DNA of 64,000 bases from Candidatus Bathyarchaeota archaeon (lineage in GTDB: Archaea; Thermoproteota; Bathyarchaeia; Bathyarchaeales; Bathycorpusculaceae), in contig CAVYHV010000015.1 in the NCBI GenBank assembly GCA_963768425.1, forward strand, positions 1 through 64,000, written 5' to 3'. Every line of letters begins with the position of its first letter. Within the stretch, counting starts at the first letter, position 1. Both the position numbers and the translations under genes were made by a program. Positions 55,365-64,000 of the stretch are shown here, piece by piece. The notes below the pieces were generated by a model. It searched no databases and was not told the DNA's origin. It was given only the letters and a program-made list of their open reading frames with translations.

Positions 55365-55524
55365 TTTTGAGTTCAATAGAAGCTTGTTTTAACAATAAAG
55401 TCACACTTTGGAATAATTTGCCTACAACTCAGGGATTCGTGAAATATTGAAAATGAGATGAATAGAGTCAAATTGTAGAAATCTTTTTACTTCTTGTTGC
55501 TCATAAGGACATAGGCGACTAAAA

Positions 55525-55734
55525 GTGACCCTAACAATCAATAGCGATGAACTGAAAACTGTCCTTGATAAACTAGATACGGTGAAACTTGAACTTTTAC
55601 GATTGAGAGCAATGTTGTTGCCAGAAGAGGAGGCTACGGAACAAGAAAAGAAAGAGATCAAAAAAGCGAAACAAGAACTATCAAAAGGGTCAAGGATAAA
55701 CCTTAAAGAGTTTATTGATGAACTGGGCTGCTGA
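55525..55734 (+). CDS. Putative antitoxin
   Basis: 69 aa acidic protein directly upstream of a RelE-type toxin. Confidence 0.7.
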   Translation: MTLTINSDELKTVLDKLDTVKLELLRLRAMLLPEEEATEQEKKEIKKAKQELSKGSRINLKEFIDELGC

Positions 55735-55741
55735 CTTCTAA

Positions 55742-56003
55742 TTGTTTGACATCACTGTTGCTCAACGAGCCCAGAAGAGTCCAAGAAGCTGCCTGAACAC
55801 CTCAAACGCAGAATTGTCGAACTTCTTTTAATCTTACGGGAAAACCCAGTCCCAGCAGAATACTATGATGTAAAGAAACTGAAGGGACTGGCAGACACAT
55901 ATAGAATTAGAATCGGTGATTTCAGAATTATCTATGAAATTTCTTGGGACAAAGCGGCGGTGAATATATTATATATTGGGTCCGGGAAAACGCGTATTCT
56001 TGA
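55742..56003 (+). CDS. RelE/ParE-family toxin, frameshifted (not in ORF track)
   Basis: KKLPEHLKRRI...ENPVP...VKKLKG..DTYRIRIGDFRIIYEI...RENAYS*. Confidence 0.85.
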
Positions 56004-56006
56004 ATC

Positions 56007-56047
56007 GACGGTTTAAACGACGACATGAAGCTAGTCCCTCGGCACCA
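56007..56047 (+). repeat. att-like site 4
   Basis: GACGGTTTAAACGACGACATGAAGCTAGTCCCTCGGCACCA. Confidence 0.85.
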
Positions 56048-56265
56048 AATATCCTTAATTTAAGGTTATTTTGCAATATTGGGCATAAATTACAACATTA
56101 TATGCGCTCTGCAAGCAGGGTAATGAGATATGAAAGAGGGAACGTTTCTACTCATAGACTTTACCGGAAAAGCAAAATATTGATTGAAGCAAACAATACT
56201 GCTTCACGATTGGAGGTAACAGATTGATTTCGGGGACAAGGGGTCTCCAGATATTTTTATAAATG

Positions 56266-56535
56266 TTAGAGCATTTTTGAAAAGTCATCGTACACTTTGC
56301 TTCTATGGCCGACAAAAAGAATGACTACTTGGTTTTTGTTTTGGTCTATCTCGTAGATAACTCTGTAGTCGCCTACTCGTAGACTCCAGAAATCTGATTG
56401 TTTTAGGGGTTTTCCTGTTTTGTCGGGGTTTTCACGCAGTTGCTTTGCGCTCTCGACTATTCTTGTTCGGACGTGTTTTTCAGTTTTTTGGAGTTCTTTT
56501 GCTGCTTTAGGGTGCAGAAGTACTTTGAAAGTCAC
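56266..56535 (-). CDS. RelE/ParE-family toxin
   Basis: AAKELQK...ENPD.TGKPLK...SLRVGDYRVIYEI...VGHRSKVY. Confidence 0.9.
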   Translation of the reverse strand: MTFKVLLHPKAAKELQKTEKHVRTRIVESAKQLRENPDKTGKPLKQSDFWSLRVGDYRVIYEIDQNKNQVVILFVGHRSKVYDDFSKML

Positions 56536-56753
56536 TCTAGTTCCTCTATAGGAATGAGGGATTCTGGGCGTTGTTTTGCTTCTTCGCTACGTTCCATGAG
56601 TGTGTTGAAGAAGTTGCATGTTTTTTCGCGTTCTTGATAGTAGGTGATGATTGATTTTATGGCGTCGCTTCGGTTTTTGAAGCGGCCTTCTGCTACCCAT
56701 CCATCTATTTCCTCGAGGGTTTTTTGTGGAAGACGTAGTTGTACTTGAGCCAA
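56532..56753 (-). CDS. Ribbon-helix-helix (CopG/Arc) antitoxin
   Basis: VQLRLP...IDGWVAEGRFKNRSDAIK; overlaps the toxin start. Confidence 0.88.
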   Translation of the reverse strand: MAQVQLRLPQKTLEEIDGWVAEGRFKNRSDAIKSIITYYQEREKTCNFFNTLMERSEEAKQRPESLIPIEELE

Positions 56754-56852
56754 ATATGTCGCCGTAAACAGTACTGTTTACAACTCACTTAAACGTTTCC
56801 TAAACAACCATCCGAGTCCCGACCCACTCTGTCTTGCGGATAATGGTGCAAC

Positions 56853-56892
56853 GAAGGTTTAAACGACGACATGAAGCTAGCCCTCTGCACCA
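56853..56892 (+). repeat. att-like site 5 (most degenerate)
   Basis: GAAGGTTTAAACGACGACATGAAGCTAGCCCTCTGCACCA. Confidence 0.82.
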
Positions 56893-57969
56893 ACTATACT
56901 TTTAAGAAAAAAGAGCTCTCGGTGAGAGAAAATGGCTTTGAGCTTGTTCTGATGCACCGAGTTTCCACGTAGTCTAATATGCTTGATCGTGTTTGTTCTG
57001 TGGCTTTTGTAAGGTTTATGGCTCTGTTTCTGGCTTTTCATTCTTTCGTCTTTCTGGTTTTCTCCATTTCTCAAAATGGTTCAGACTTTTTAATGCCACA
57101 AACAAGAGCCCGAGCACATTGGATTATAAAGCGTACAACTGGAAGGTTTCCCGGTTGATACCGGGCACTATGCGAAAACATCTGTAGAAGGTTAGTGTTT
57201 TGAAATAATGCGTTCAAAACCAAAAATTTTATTGGGTTAATTAGCTTGGCTTCTACCGATCCTTTCATTTCATCTGACTGGAAGAGGATAGAGAAAAGAT
57301 ATCAAACTCTATGAATATGTCTAAAAGGATGCGACGAGAGTAGGCTCAGCTAGATGTAGGATTATTCAGATGGAACAGTGTGCTAATTTTATTGGTTTTG
57401 ATCGCTTAGAATTTCTCTCAGGAACGTCCCAATCACTGCATATTTTTTCTAACGTTAAAGCAATGGGTTGATAGGATTCATATGGCGTTTCTTTGACACC
57501 TAACATTATCTTATATGCCAAGATATAATATAGTTATTTCATTGGCTGTAATATTACGGTTTTCGACATAAGGCTAAAATCAACAAAGATATTCATATTC
57601 TAAGTTTTGGCTAACAAGTCTTCTCAAAAAGTCTTCAATCCCGCTTTATCATAGATTTCTGTAAATGCTTTGATGATTTGAGGCTTTGCTCAGTTAAGTC
57701 TTGATTTTCTTGTGGCTTTTAGAGAGTCTATTGAAACTTGGTCAAATTGATCCAAAATTCGCACGATGTAGAGTTTACTTAGGCTCTGGAAAATTAAAGA
57801 AGAATTTCTTCATAGTTAGTCGAAAAAAAATCTGCATCGCTGCCTTGCAGCAATTCGTGACGCTATCAGAGCATTCTGAGCCATTTCTCTATTTCAGCTA
57901 ATCTCAATGTTTTTTAGGGGCTAAAAAAAGGAAAAGGGAATTTTGATTTTTTATCATGGTTGCTTTTGC

Positions 57970-60639
57970 TTATGGACGTTTTCTTGTGACGAGTAACGCG
58001 ATTACGGCGCCGATTATGATAATGACGATGATGATTGCGATGCCCATGTATTCGAGTGCGTTTTGTGTTGCTAAACCGCTGAGCGGTGTTGATGTTGGTG
58101 CTTGTGTTGGTGCTGGGGCGCTGGCATAGAAAGCGGTTTGAGCGGAAGAACCATAGTATGCTGGTGTACCTGCGAAGGTAGCTGTGACGGTGTAGTTGCC
58201 TTTGATGTCAGGTGTCCAATTTAAGCTGTAGAAGCCGTTTGCGTCAGTTGTGGTTGTTCCGATTGAGCGGTAGTTGTTGTTGCTGTCTAAGACGTATAGT
58301 GTGACTGGAACTCCCGTTATGTTGGTCGGCATTGGCTCCTGTTCATAAACAGCTTCCATAAACTGCTCCATGCTAGCGTCAGAAACACAAGGCAAGCCAT
58401 TGGGGAAGTTTGCTGCTACTGCTTGTTGCTGTGAACCTGAAGATATGTCAGTGACCATTCCTGAGATGGTTATTGGAGTAGTTGTTGATACGCCGACGGA
58501 AGGTGCGCTAACTGTTGTTTTTGTGGGGCCTACGCCATATGAGTATATCTGGTTGTCGTATGCATTGAAAGTCAAGAGTTGCCCGTCGACTACTGCTGGA
58601 CATGAACCTGTGTCAAAGTTGATTATGCTCCAGACAAGTTTTCCTGTCGTTGCGTTGATTGCGTAAAGTTTTGCTCCGCTGAATAGTGGCGGACCGTAGC
58701 AGTGTCCAGATTCGGCAAAGAGCATGCCGCCTGCAAGTGTGGCTTCGTAGTCGCCGATGATCCAGAAGGGATTGACACCGTAGGGTGTGTTTTCTCCAGC
58801 TGTTCCGTCAGTAAAGCTCCAAATGAGGTTGCCGTTGGTAATGTTATATTTGTAGATCCATCCGCCGAATGTCCATGCGTATAAAGCTCCGCCTGCACAT
58901 ACGCCGCTTGTTTGGTCGTAGTAGCCTAAAGGATTCTGGAAGGGAGTTGTTGGACCCCACACTTGTTGTCCTGTGGTTGTGCTGTAACCGGAAAATGTTG
59001 TCGTTTCTTTGGTATATTCAACGTAGACTCCATCGTTAGCTCCTGGTATGGCCATGACTGTTGAATAGGGGGTTTCGGTTTGGTTCTTTATCCAAAGTTG
59101 CGCTCCAGTGTTAAGGTTATAGGCTGCTCGCATAACCCAGCCTGTGGCAAATGAGTACATGGAATACTCACCAGCGCCTGCTCCTAAGATGGCTATGTTG
59201 TTGTCTGGATCTATTACTGCGTGTCCAACTTCGTCAAGTATCCAGCTAACTCCTGGAGGGAAAGCAGTCCCTTGATAGCTGTTTGGCAGTGGTACTGACC
59301 AGACTACTCCTTTAGAGTAGGCAGTTACAGAGTTTTGGTTTAGCGTCGAGAAGCCTAAATCAACTCCTCCGCCTATTAGGCAAACGCTGGAGTTCCAGAA
59401 GTTCAGGAATTGAGTTCCAGTGGCGTTGGTACTGGTGTAGTACTGCAACAGAATGCCGTTGCTTCCTTCAATGTTTGTAACGCCGAATGATCCTGAGGGT
59501 CCTGAGCCGTTAATGCTTAGTATATAGTTTCCGGTTGCTGCGTCAAATAGGTCAAGGTAGTTTATTCCGTTTGTCGTTCTAGTTGCCCAGAGGTAGCTTT
59601 GTCCGCCGTAAGTGTTCGGTGATTTATACACGTATACTTGTCCGCACATCAGAAGATCATATGAACCTGGAGCAAAGTAGTCTCGATAGTTCTTGGTCCA
59701 AAGAATTTGTCCTGATCTTAGGTCTCTGGCAACCCACCCTTGGTAGGCTCCACCACTTGAATAGGTTGGGACAGCATCATAGTAAAGAACTCCGTTGATG
59801 ATTATCGGTGAAAACTTAGGTTGATACTGGAACCCTGAGTAGTAGTTGCCTTGCTCGCTGGCACCGAATTCGCCGCCCATTTGACCGCCTGGTGAGCCAG
59901 GAACTAGTGGAGTAGTCCAAAGTATGTGTGCAGAGGTTGGTGCTGTGGTGTATGGGTTGTAGTTGCCGGTGACTGCGTAGTCTCCAGTGTTTGCGAATTC
60001 TACATCTCCTAATCCGAACCAGTTGCCGTCTAATACATACCAATTGTGATTGAACGCTTCGACAGGGTTCGTCCAGTAACTAGTTGGCAGCGGATTCTCC
60101 GAAATAGTGCTTGCGGGAGTTTGCGTAACCGAGATGGTCTCAGCTGCACTGGTAGAAGCACCAAAAACGTCGCCTATTGCCTGGGTATTGGAAAACGTCA
60201 TGCCGCCCGGGTTTCCTTGGTCACCTGTCAGAGTCTCTCCAGGGAAGCTAAAGACTGCAGTGTAGTTGCCTAGTTCGGTCGGAGTAAATGTCGCGGTGTA
60301 GCCGCCTGCGTCATCAGATTGGAATGGTCCCAGGACTACTTGTTTACCGTCTGGCTGCGTAATTGTGACAGAAAGGCCTACCCATCGGTCACCTAACGGC
60401 CCGAAGGCAGTAGTTGGAGGTTTGTCAACCCACATTACAAGGAAAACGTTCTGACCTATGCCTACTTGCTGAGGGACAGCTTGAAGATACGCGTAAGTTG
60501 CAATTGTTCCTTGAATATCACGCGCTTTGGTGCTTGGTACGATTGCGATTGCTGCAGAAATTGAGAGGACTAATATCAAAGCAATTGACAGAGTTTTTTG
60601 GTTTTCATTTGATAATTGCATTTTTCTTTTTTTCTCCAT
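57970..60639 (-). CDS. Large secreted PQQ-like beta-propeller surface protein, paralog 3
   Basis: 889 aa; LPTSYWTNP; conserved C-terminus NxTGVPVTL...LVTRKRP. Confidence 0.88.
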   Translation of the reverse strand: MEKKRKMQLSNENQKTLSIALILVLSISAAIAIVPSTKARDIQGTIATYAYLQAVPQQVGIGQNVFLVMWVDKPPTTAFGPLGDRWVGLSVTITQPDGKQVVLGPFQSDDAGGYTATFTPTELGNYTAVFSFPGETLTGDQGNPGGMTFSNTQAIGDVFGASTSAAETISVTQTPASTISENPLPTSYWTNPVEAFNHNWYVLDGNWFGLGDVEFANTGDYAVTGNYNPYTTAPTSAHILWTTPLVPGSPGGQMGGEFGASEQGNYYSGFQYQPKFSPIIINGVLYYDAVPTYSSGGAYQGWVARDLRSGQILWTKNYRDYFAPGSYDLLMCGQVYVYKSPNTYGGQSYLWATRTTNGINYLDLFDAATGNYILSINGSGPSGSFGVTNIEGSNGILLQYYTSTNATGTQFLNFWNSSVCLIGGGVDLGFSTLNQNSVTAYSKGVVWSVPLPNSYQGTAFPPGVSWILDEVGHAVIDPDNNIAILGAGAGEYSMYSFATGWVMRAAYNLNTGAQLWIKNQTETPYSTVMAIPGANDGVYVEYTKETTTFSGYSTTTGQQVWGPTTPFQNPLGYYDQTSGVCAGGALYAWTFGGWIYKYNITNGNLIWSFTDGTAGENTPYGVNPFWIIGDYEATLAGGMLFAESGHCYGPPLFSGAKLYAINATTGKLVWSIINFDTGSCPAVVDGQLLTFNAYDNQIYSYGVGPTKTTVSAPSVGVSTTTPITISGMVTDISSGSQQQAVAANFPNGLPCVSDASMEQFMEAVYEQEPMPTNITGVPVTLYVLDSNNNYRSIGTTTTDANGFYSLNWTPDIKGNYTVTATFAGTPAYYGSSAQTAFYASAPAPTQAPTSTPLSGLATQNALEYMGIAIIIVIIIIGAVIALLVTRKRP

Positions 60640-61020
60640 TCAGTTTTGTTTTTCTATTGAGCAAAAGGCACAGACAAGATGGAGAATAGATATGTTCGCC
60701 ACTTGCCCGCCGCTTGCCCATTGGCTTATCACAAAAATTTATATTTAATACTTTGCAAGACTGAGAAAAACAAATCGACAAAATTGCATTTTCGTACAAA
60801 AAAAGGCAACAATGAATGTTCATCCAAGGAAGCCCAAATTTGCAAGAGCAAGAAGAAATGAAGATTTGCGGAAGAGATCACCAATCGCTTTTAGTCCAAA
60901 CCTTGTCTTCGGCACCGCTATGTCTATTTTTTTGAGAAAGCATGCATTTTGGCGATATGGATTTAATGTTTCTATCAAGTTTATATCTGAATTCTCAAAT
61001 GTTACTTTTGGTGTTTAGTT

Positions 61021-61574
61021 ATGGAACTTGATGATTGCATTAAGGGTAGAAGAAGCGTCAGAAGCTTTACCGATGAACCCGTGTCAAAAGAGGAAGTCCA
61101 AGCGATATTGGAAGCAGGCACGTGGGCGCCCACAGGAATGAACAGGCAGCCTTGGAAGTTCATTATCATCGAAAACAAGAAAGTAATCCAGCTCGTCTCT
61201 GAAGAACCAAGGTTTTAGTTAGACAAAACATGCCGCCGCTGGCAAAGCAATACTCCACAGAACAAGACGTTATCTGCTACGACACACCCATGCTTATCCT
61301 AATATGCGCGGAAAAAGACAAGCAATGGGAAAACCTCAACCTGCTCGACTCAGTGCTTGCTGCCCAGAACATGTTTTTGAAAGCGTATGAACTAGGGCTT
61401 GGAACATGCTATATGGGTTTCGTCACTTTGCTCAATAGCAAGCCGGAAGTGCTCAAAAAGATCGGCGTGCCGGAAAACTACCGGATGATGGTGCCATTCA
61501 TTTTGGGACACCCGAAAACAAAACAGGGCAAAGGGAAGAGAAACAAGCCCGAAATCAAAGAATGGCTAAAGTAA
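61021..61574 (+). CDS. Nitroreductase family protein, frameshifted
   Basis: RRSVRSF, APTGMNRQPWKF, AAQNMFLKAYELGLGTC. Confidence 0.9.
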
Positions 61575-61870
61575 AACACTTAAATTTTTGCCTTGACCGA
61601 AAGTCAAGTGCTTTTTTTCTTCGAGAATCTATTGTTTTTTCTATAAGTCGAAATGAGTTTAGGCTTTGCGAATATCTGGCGAACAGCTTCTTCGTTGTTG
61701 CTAATTAATATTATAAGTTAAGATTTCAAGATCGTTCTCTTCATATGGTTTTCTTTTGATGGTTTATGGGTAGATTATGGGAAATCCTTAAGAAAGACGG
61801 CGAAGAGGGCAAATGCTATGATTACTCGGGAAAGGTAGCTTCGGAAGGTTTGTTGATAAGAGCTGGTTAG

Positions 61871-64000
61871 ATGGCAAGGTCGTTTTTTGATTCACTGAAT
61901 CATTTCATTCGAAGACGTTACAGGTGGGTTATAGCTGCTTGGGTAGTTGCGGTTGTGCTTTCGCTTTTCCTTATCCCAAGTTTCTTCTCATCTGTCTCCT
62001 ACGACCTTACAGGAGGGTTCGGAGCTCCAGCTAATACAATGTCGGAAAAGGCAGCCAACATCATCCAAGCCGAGTTTCCCGACGGCAACCTTAGCGATGC
62101 CAGCATTATTGTTCTTGTCCAGAACACTTCAGTTTATTCAGATGCTCTAAAGCAGGTTGTTCTGGCTCTAAACCAAACTTTGTCTGATGATTCAAACGTG
62201 GGCAACTTCACGGGTGAACAGACTCTCTATTCAAGTGAAGCAAATGTTCTCAACGGCTCCCTCCCGGCGATAATTAACCAGACAGCTGCACTTCAACCCA
62301 ATATAGTCCTGATCAACCAAGGCTTGTATTCATTGACTGGAAACCTGTCGTTGCTTAGCCAAAACCTGTTCCAAATGCAGGATGGAATCAACCAAACAGC
62401 GCAACTTGTATGGGGAGTTCCAGCGGCATTTGTTAATGTTTGGCAGGGCGTATCTCAGCAGTTCGTTGGGTCGGGTGACACTAACCCCTTCGACGCCAAC
62501 GCGCAAGCCAACACGTCCACGCTTAACGTAACAAGCAATTTCGGAGGCAACACCCAATCCATAGGATACTACATTGCTTTCTTCAACGCTTGGAACTCCA
62601 GTTTCTTGACTCTTCCACCGAGCACATCTGTGTCTGATAGGGAAGCCTACGCTGTCGGCCAAGCTGTCACCGGATTCTTGAGCAACCCTCAGATTGATAC
62701 CCAAACAGGCCAGATGATCGGCCTCGTCGCTTCCGGCTTAACCAGCGTAAATTGGAACCAAGCCGCTGCAGTTGAGAACTTAACGATTACAAGCATGGTT
62801 TCTGACATTCCGTCGAGTCTTGCATCTTCTCTTGGCGCTTCACCGTTAAGCGTCGTGAATGAACTATACAATCTCGGACGGTCGCCTTCAAACTCAACCA
62901 TTGAAAACTACTCCATTACTCTATTAGAAAAAAGCTACAGCAACATGTCAACGGCAGATGCAGGCTTTTCTGTTTCTGACTTAATGCACTCCGCCTACGA
63001 TTTAGGCTCATCACCGACCAACCTGCAGACATGGAACCTTGCGTGTGAATTAACATCAAACGCGACTCAAACTGCTATGGTCGATTCTCCTCTCTTCAGC
63101 GTAAACACCGACTCATTCACCAGTCTTCTCGAATCGCTCTCGCCAAACGCAACCGCCAATGATATCACTCAAGCAATTAACAACGAAGTTGCAACCAAAT
63201 CCTGCATAGGCTACCCATTTGTGCTAACCTCAGCGTTGACACACAACTTTGTTAACTCACAAAACAACACCATGATGGTCGTCTTCAGTTTCGCGTCCAC
63301 TCCAGACGATAACACGATTGCCCATGTGAAGGCCGCTGTGCAAAACTCTGGGATTCAAAGTTACGGAACCGTCTTCGTCACTGGCGGTGCAGTATTGACT
63401 TCTGATGTCGCGAAAGCATTCATACCCGCCTTAGAAGTCACTATAGGTCCTGGAATAGCAATCTCACTATTGATAGTCGGACTGCTCTTTCTGGCGCCGA
63501 TGGCTGCTCTCATCCCCGTCATGCTGGGAGGCGTTTCGATTTCCGTCGCGCTTGCCTCCATCTACGAAGGATTCGTGAAAATTGGCCATGGAAACCTCAC
63601 TTTTCTCACTCCAACCCTGACTATACTTCTCATGCTAGGTTTGGCCGTGGACTACTCGGTTTTGCAGCTTAGACGCACAAGGGAAGAACGGCTGAAAGGC
63701 AAAACAATCGAAGAAAGCGTAGGAATCTCCATCAAATGGGCAGGCCAAGCTGTATTGACCGCAGGCATAACCGTCATCGTAGCTTACATCGTCATGGCGG
63801 TTGCAAACGTGCCCATATTCAGCGACGTTGGAACAGCAATAGCCTTAGGAGTCGCAATCTTGCTCGCGGCGTCTTTGACTTTGCTGCCTGCTTTGGAAAT
63901 TGCCTTAGGCGATAAGATCTTCTGGCCAGGGCTGAAGGGAAAAATCAACGCAAAGTCTGACCCCAACAAAAACGTGCTTAGACGTTTGGCTCATTGTACG
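61871..64000 (+). CDS. MMPL/RND family transporter, partial (runs off the window)
   Basis: RRRYRWVIAAWVV start, large extracellular region, VTGG, LGLAVDYS TM motif. Confidence 0.85.
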   Translation, partial: MARSFFDSLNHFIRRRYRWVIAAWVVAVVLSLFLIPSFFSSVSYDLTGGFGAPANTMSEKAANIIQAEFPDGNLSDASIIVLVQNTSVYSDALKQVVLALNQTLSDDSNVGNFTGEQTLYSSEANVLNGSLPAIINQTAALQPNIVLINQGLYSLTGNLSLLSQNLFQMQDGINQTAQLVWGVPAAFVNVWQGVSQQFVGSGDTNPFDANAQANTSTLNVTSNFGGNTQSIGYYIAFFNAWNSSFLTLPPSTSVSDREAYAVGQAVTGFLSNPQIDTQTGQMIGLVASGLTSVNWNQAAAVENLTITSMVSDIPSSLASSLGASPLSVVNELYNLGRSPSNSTIENYSITLLEKSYSNMSTADAGFSVSDLMHSAYDLGSSPTNLQTWNLACELTSNATQTAMVDSPLFSVNTDSFTSLLESLSPNATANDITQAINNEVATKSCIGYPFVLTSALTHNFVNSQNNTMMVVFSFASTPDDNTIAHVKAAVQNSGIQSYGTVFVTGGAVLTSDVAKAFIPALEVTIGPGIAISLLIVGLLFLAPMAALIPVMLGGVSISVALASIYEGFVKIGHGNLTFLTPTLTILLMLGLAVDYSVLQLRRTREERLKGKTIEESVGISIKWAGQAVLTAGITVIVAYIVMAVANVPIFSDVGTAIALGVAILLAASLTLLPALEIALGDKIFWPGLKGKINAKSDPNKNVLRRLAHCT

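Larger units (their letters stand above)
28618..56892 (+). mobile_element. Tandem array of five integrated, integrase-less segments at the tRNA-Phe 3' end
   Basis: tRNA 3' end GCCCTCGGCAC (28618-28628) recurs inside a conserved 38-bp site at 43554, 52454, 55327, 56007 and 56853. Confidence 0.8.

Noticed and set aside
43554-56892. 38-bp repeats as a CRISPR array
   Set aside because: Spacing is 0.7-15 kb with whole genes in between, the repeat ends in tRNA sequence, and no cas genes are present.
43554-56892. Classical integron attC sites
   Set aside because: No RYYYAAC...GTTRRRY long hairpin and no IntI; the core is the tRNA 3' end.
44099-60639. Diversity-generating retroelement acting on surface genes
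   Set aside because: No reverse transcriptase and no TR/VR pair with adenine-specific differences was seen.
4267-61574. Many split genes as programmed frameshifts or mass pseudogenisation
   Set aside because: Single-base indels affect core genes (tsr3, nnr) and accessory genes alike, often in short homopolymers, which is typical of unpolished long-read error.
61947-63969. Short ORFs in the final 2 kb and other antisense/shadow ORFs in the track
   Set aside because: They are alternative-frame shadows of well-supported genes, here the MMPL transporter.

Overview
Archaeal genomic window, most likely Bathyarchaeia/TACK. This is inferred from ribosomal protein eL38, Tsr3, a PEF-CTERM-sorted protein, expanded PQQ-like beta-propeller surface proteins and archaeal tRNAs. 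Many genes are split by single-base indels, which look like long-read assembly errors. Layout: (1) 1-12.8 kb is an AT-rich mobile/defence island with Zn-finger micro-ORFs, several PD-(D/E)XK nucleases, a HEPN-like protein, a NUDIX plus 2H/metallophosphoesterase module, an RNase J-like MBL hydrolase and a type IIG R-M gene. (2) 12.8-28.6 kb is core-like: tsr3, nnr, pncA, yjbQ, an Hjc-like gene, an ABC exporter, rpl38e, tRNA-Val and tRNA-Phe, with ORF-poor hairpin-rich intergenic stretches and a 24-bp motif repeated five times. (3) 28.6-56.9 kb is the most striking part: five integrase-less cargo segments in tandem downstream of tRNA-Phe. Each ends in a conserved ~38-bp site (GACGGTTTAAACGACG..AAG.TAGCCCTCGGCAC) whose last 11 bp duplicate the tRNA-Phe 3' end. 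The segments carry signal-transduction genes, surface proteins, TetR/SnoaL genes and two RelE-type TA modules, plus relic tRNA 3' ends, an IS1182 and two related MITEs. (4) 57.9-64 kb holds a third large beta-propeller gene, a nitroreductase and a partial MMPL transporter.
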